From positions 1 to 41,278 of the IMG/VR virus record IMGVR_UViG_3300045988_142835: DNA of 41,278 nucleotides; one strand, given 5' to 3'. The position numbers and the translations under genes were made by a program. Source of the stretch: a virus. The notes below the pieces were generated by a model. The model did no database searches, had not been told where the DNA came from, and worked only from the letters and a program-made list of their open reading frames with translations. Positions 38,821 to 41,278 of this stretch are shown piece after piece. Every line of letters starts with the position of its first letter. Positions within the stretch are counted from its first letter, which is position 1.

Positions 38821-38867
38821 TACCCACCCACACCCCACACCGGCGCAGAGGGGAGCCACACCACCCC

Positions 38868-39206
38868 ATGAGCATGCGACGCTGCCCAGCAAGCAAATGC
38901 CCAAGACTAATCAACAACAACCAACGCTACTGCACACAACACCAGGCAGAGTACGAGGCACGGCGCGGCACACCCACACAGCGCGGCTATGACGCAAGAC
39001 ACAGAGCGCTAAGAAGACAATGGCAAGCACACTTGCAACAACAAGGCAGCATGACATGCAACGTATGCAACCAACCAATAACACCACAACAATCATGGGA
39101 CCTAGACCACACCGACACTAGGGGCGGGTACCTAGGGCCAGCACACGCCACATGCAACCGCTCAAAAGGCGGAACAAAAGGCGCAAAAACAAAAAATAAA
39201 AAATAA
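38868..39206 (+). CDS. HNH endonuclease (terminase-associated)
   Basis: 112 aa; Cys pairs, DLDHTD...GPAHATCNRSKG core. Position immediately upstream of terS, as in HNH-dependent cos phages. Confidence 0.85.
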   Translation: MSMRRCPASKCPRLINNNQRYCTQHQAEYEARRGTPTQRGYDARHRALRRQWQAHLQQQGSMTCNVCNQPITPQQSWDLDHTDTRGGYLGPAHATCNRSKGGTKGAKTKNKK

Positions 39207-39266
39207 AAACAAACAAAACACACACAACAAACAAAAAAACAAACACACACAACACGAAAAAACCCA
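39184..39266 (+). repeat. A/C-only low-complexity tract with two about 18-bp imperfect direct repeats
   Basis: About 80 nt with only one G and two T on the + strand. AAACAAAACACACACAACAA and AAACAAACACACACAACACG repeats. Spans the HNH stop. Confidence 0.9.
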
Positions 39267-39279
39267 GGGGGAGGCCCCC
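39267..39279. other. GC-rich element GGGGGAGGCCCCC, cos-end candidate
   Basis: Immediately follows the A/C tract, between HNH and terS where cos sites of HNH-type phages usually lie. On the minus strand it reads as a hairpin plus a T-run. Confidence 0.25.
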
Positions 39280-39373
39280 AAACCACACCAAGCCACACCG
39301 CCGGTGAGGTGAAAAAAGAGCGCGGAGGGTTCAAAAGGTTGTAGTTTCACATTCAATCGAGGGGGTGAGCAAG

Positions 39374-39874
39374 ATGCCACGTGGCGGAGCGAGAAACAGG
39401 TCCGGCCCGCCGTTGGATCCGACGTCGGAGCGTTCGGAACGGCGAGGCATCAAGCTTGGTGTTCTTCCTCGTGAGGGCTACAAGGGCAAGGCTCCGAAGT
39501 TCCCTATCCCTGCCCCGGTGGATTGTGATGGCGTCACGATCGGTTCCGTCCTGTATGACCGGGCGGTTGCGCTGTGGAAGACGCACTGGAAATCGCCGCA
39601 GGCTTGCGCTTGGTCCGCCGAGCCTTGGCGGCACACGATCATTGCCGAGATGTGTATGGTGGAGGCTTCCGTGCACAGCTCGCCGTCGTCGTCGGCGGCG
39701 CTTATCGGGCAGTTGCATCGTTTCCGTGATCAGCTAGGGCTGACTCCTGCTGGGATGCGGGAGAATGGGTGGACGATCGGCGACGTCGACGAGGATAAGC
39801 GCGAGGCGAAGCGTGAGGAGGCTAGGCCTTCGACGTCTTCGCGTGCGCGGATGCGGTTGGTGAGCAATGGGTGA
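39374..39874 (+). CDS. terS: Terminase small subunit (P27-like)
   Basis: MPRGGARNRSGPPLDPTSERSERRG... N-terminus. ATG 39374 lies 8 nt after GAGGGGG (track start GTG 39365 is also possible). Overlaps the terL start. Confidence 0.8.
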   Translation: MPRGGARNRSGPPLDPTSERSERRGIKLGVLPREGYKGKAPKFPIPAPVDCDGVTIGSVLYDRAVALWKTHWKSPQACAWSAEPWRHTIIAEMCMVEASVHSSPSSSAALIGQLHRFRDQLGLTPAGMRENGWTIGDVDEDKREAKREEARPSTSSRARMRLVSNG

Positions 39875-41278
39875 GCCGTCTTGGGTGGTGGATTTTCCGA
39901 CGCTTGGCTTCCTCGCGGCCGATTGGATCGAGGCGCACTGCATTGTCGCTGACGGCTGGTCGATGGGCGAGCCTTTCGTGCACGACGGCTGGCAGCTGTG
40001 GTGCACGACGTCGTTTTACCGGGCGAAGAAGGGCGCGGTTTTCAATCCTCAGCGTCCGGCTGGCGCGTCGATGTTCCATTACCGGCGGGCGCTGGTGGTT
40101 GGGCCTCAGAAGGCCGGTAAGTCGCCTTGGGGGGCGTCTCTGGCGTGCTTTGAGGCGGTTGGCCCGTGCGTTTTCGCTGGCTGGGCTTCGGGAGGCGAGG
40201 TTTACCGCTGCGCCGATCATGGATGCTCGTGCGGTTTCGAGTTCGTGTACGAGCCTGGGGATCCGATGGGGATTCCTCGTCCTATGAGCAATATACAGTT
40301 GCTTGCGACGTCGGAGGATCAGACGGATAACATTTACCGTCCGTTGCAGGAGATGGTTCGGCGCGGTCCGTTGCAGGAGCAGATGAAGGTCCGTGAGGGT
40401 TTCATTCGGCTTCCTAACAATGGGCGGATTGATCCGATCACTTCGGCTCCGAATTCGAAGCTTGGTAATCCTATTCATTTCGCGATTGCCGACGAGTCCG
40501 GTATTTACACGGGGAAGCTGAAGAAGGTTTGGGACACCATGCGGCGCGGTCTTGCGGGCATGGGTGGTCGCGGGCTGGAGATCACGAACCCGTGGGACCC
40601 GATGGATAATTCTTCGGCGCAGCAGACGTTCGCGTCTCGGTCGAAGGATATTTTCAGGTTCTATAGGAAGCCGCCGTCGAAGTGGAATTTTGACCACAAG
40701 GCGGATCGGCGGAAGATCCTTGAATATGTCTATGAGGGCTCGCCGTGGGTTGGGCTTGACGACGTGGAGGCGGAGTCGGCGGAGCTTTTGCAGAGTGACC
40801 CGGCTCAGGCAAAGCGGTTTTTCGGGAACATGCTAGTCCAGAGCTTGGGCGCTTTCATGCCTGAGGAGCTGTACGATCAGCGCACGGACGCCGAGCGGGA
40901 GCTTCCGCCGGAGGGCACCGAGATCTGCCTCGGCTTCGACGGGTCCCGGTCCGGTGACTGGACGGCGCTCCGTGCGGAGACGGCGGACGGCTACCGTTTC
41001 AACATCCCGTACGGGCCGGACGATCGCCCGTCCTACTGGAATCCTGCGGAGTGGACGGACGGACGCATCCCTCGGGGCGAGGTGAACGCGTGCGTCGCCG
41101 ACGTTTTCGCCCGCTACAACGTTCAGCGCATGTACGTTGATCCTCGGCATTGGGAGACTCAATGCGACGCGTGGGCCGCCGACTACGGCGACGACGTGGT
41201 GGTTCAGTGGCCGACGAACCAGGTCGGACGCATGTTCGACGCCCTCACTCGCTATTCGGAGGATATGCGGGAGGGCCT
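39867..41278 (+). CDS. terL: Terminase large subunit, N-terminal and central part (continues across the circular junction into 56..272)
   Basis: ATG 39867 overlaps the terS end. Absent from the ORF track only because there is no stop before the window end. Walker-A-like GPQKAGKS; frame is continuous with ORF 9..272 (41232 equals position 9); total about 542 aa. Confidence 0.9.
   Translation, partial: MGEPSWVVDFPTLGFLAADWIEAHCIVADGWSMGEPFVHDGWQLWCTTSFYRAKKGAVFNPQRPAGASMFHYRRALVVGPQKAGKSPWGASLACFEAVGPCVFAGWASGGEVYRCADHGCSCGFEFVYEPGDPMGIPRPMSNIQLLATSEDQTDNIYRPLQEMVRRGPLQEQMKVREGFIRLPNNGRIDPITSAPNSKLGNPIHFAIADESGIYTGKLKKVWDTMRRGLAGMGGRGLEITNPWDPMDNSSAQQTFASRSKDIFRFYRKPPSKWNFDHKADRRKILEYVYEGSPWVGLDDVEAESAELLQSDPAQAKRFFGNMLVQSLGAFMPEELYDQRTDAERELPPEGTEICLGFDGSRSGDWTALRAETADGYRFNIPYGPDDRPSYWNPAEWTDGRIPRGEVNACVADVFARYNVQRMYVDPRHWETQCDAWAADYGDDVVVQWPTNQVGRMFDALTRYSEDMREG
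41224..41278. repeat. Terminal direct repeat, copy 2
   Basis: Identical to bases 1-55. Confidence 0.95.

Larger units (their letters stand above)
1..41278. mobile_element. Complete temperate siphovirus-like phage genome (circular contig, unique length 41223 bp)
   Basis: Full packaging, head, tail, lysis, integration, immunity and early-gene module order; identical 55-nt ends; intact attP-like region next to int. WhiB gene, GAAAGGA SD sites and high GC suggest an Actinomycetota host. Confidence 0.9.

Overview
The window is a complete, circularly closed temperate siphovirus-type phage genome. Bases 1-55 are identical to 41224-41278, so the unique length is 41223 bp, and terL reads in frame across the junction. 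A WhiB gene, GAAAGGA-type Shine-Dalgarno sites, high GC and no LysB-like esterase suggest an actinobacterial, probably non-mycolic, host. Gene order on the + strand is terS-terL, portal, MuF-like protein, scaffold, HK97-fold capsid, four connector genes, major tail protein, tail chaperone with a -1 frameshift, tape measure, four minor tail/RBP genes, then a lysis cassette (amidase, Cys-peptidase, holin, membrane coiled-coil protein). Next comes a leftward accessory cluster (16745-19338), a non-coding attP-like region, a tyrosine integrase, three more accessory genes and a divergent cI/cro-like switch. A long rightward early operon follows: antirepressor, Xis-like HTH, PD-(D/E)XK exonuclease plus annealing protein, WhiB, two orphan DNA methyltransferases flanking a DUF4406-like gene, a resolvase-like nuclease, a replication initiator with internal iterons, SSB and many small genes. 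It ends in an HNH endonuclease and an A/C-only tract before terS. No tRNA, rRNA, CRISPR array or transposase was seen. The most unusual feature is a four-copy promoter plus 5' leader stem-loop cassette with compensatory stem changes. It drives autonomous accessory units around int/attP, three of which encode distantly paralogous, strongly acidic proteins of unknown function. Other points worth checking: a reverse-oriented, probably leaderless small membrane gene between the tail chaperone and tape measure; a lambda-O-style origin inside the replication gene; a frame anomaly in the C5-methyltransferase; and a promoter-plus-hairpin arrangement before the late genes. All functional calls rest on remembered motifs and synteny. 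No database search was run.
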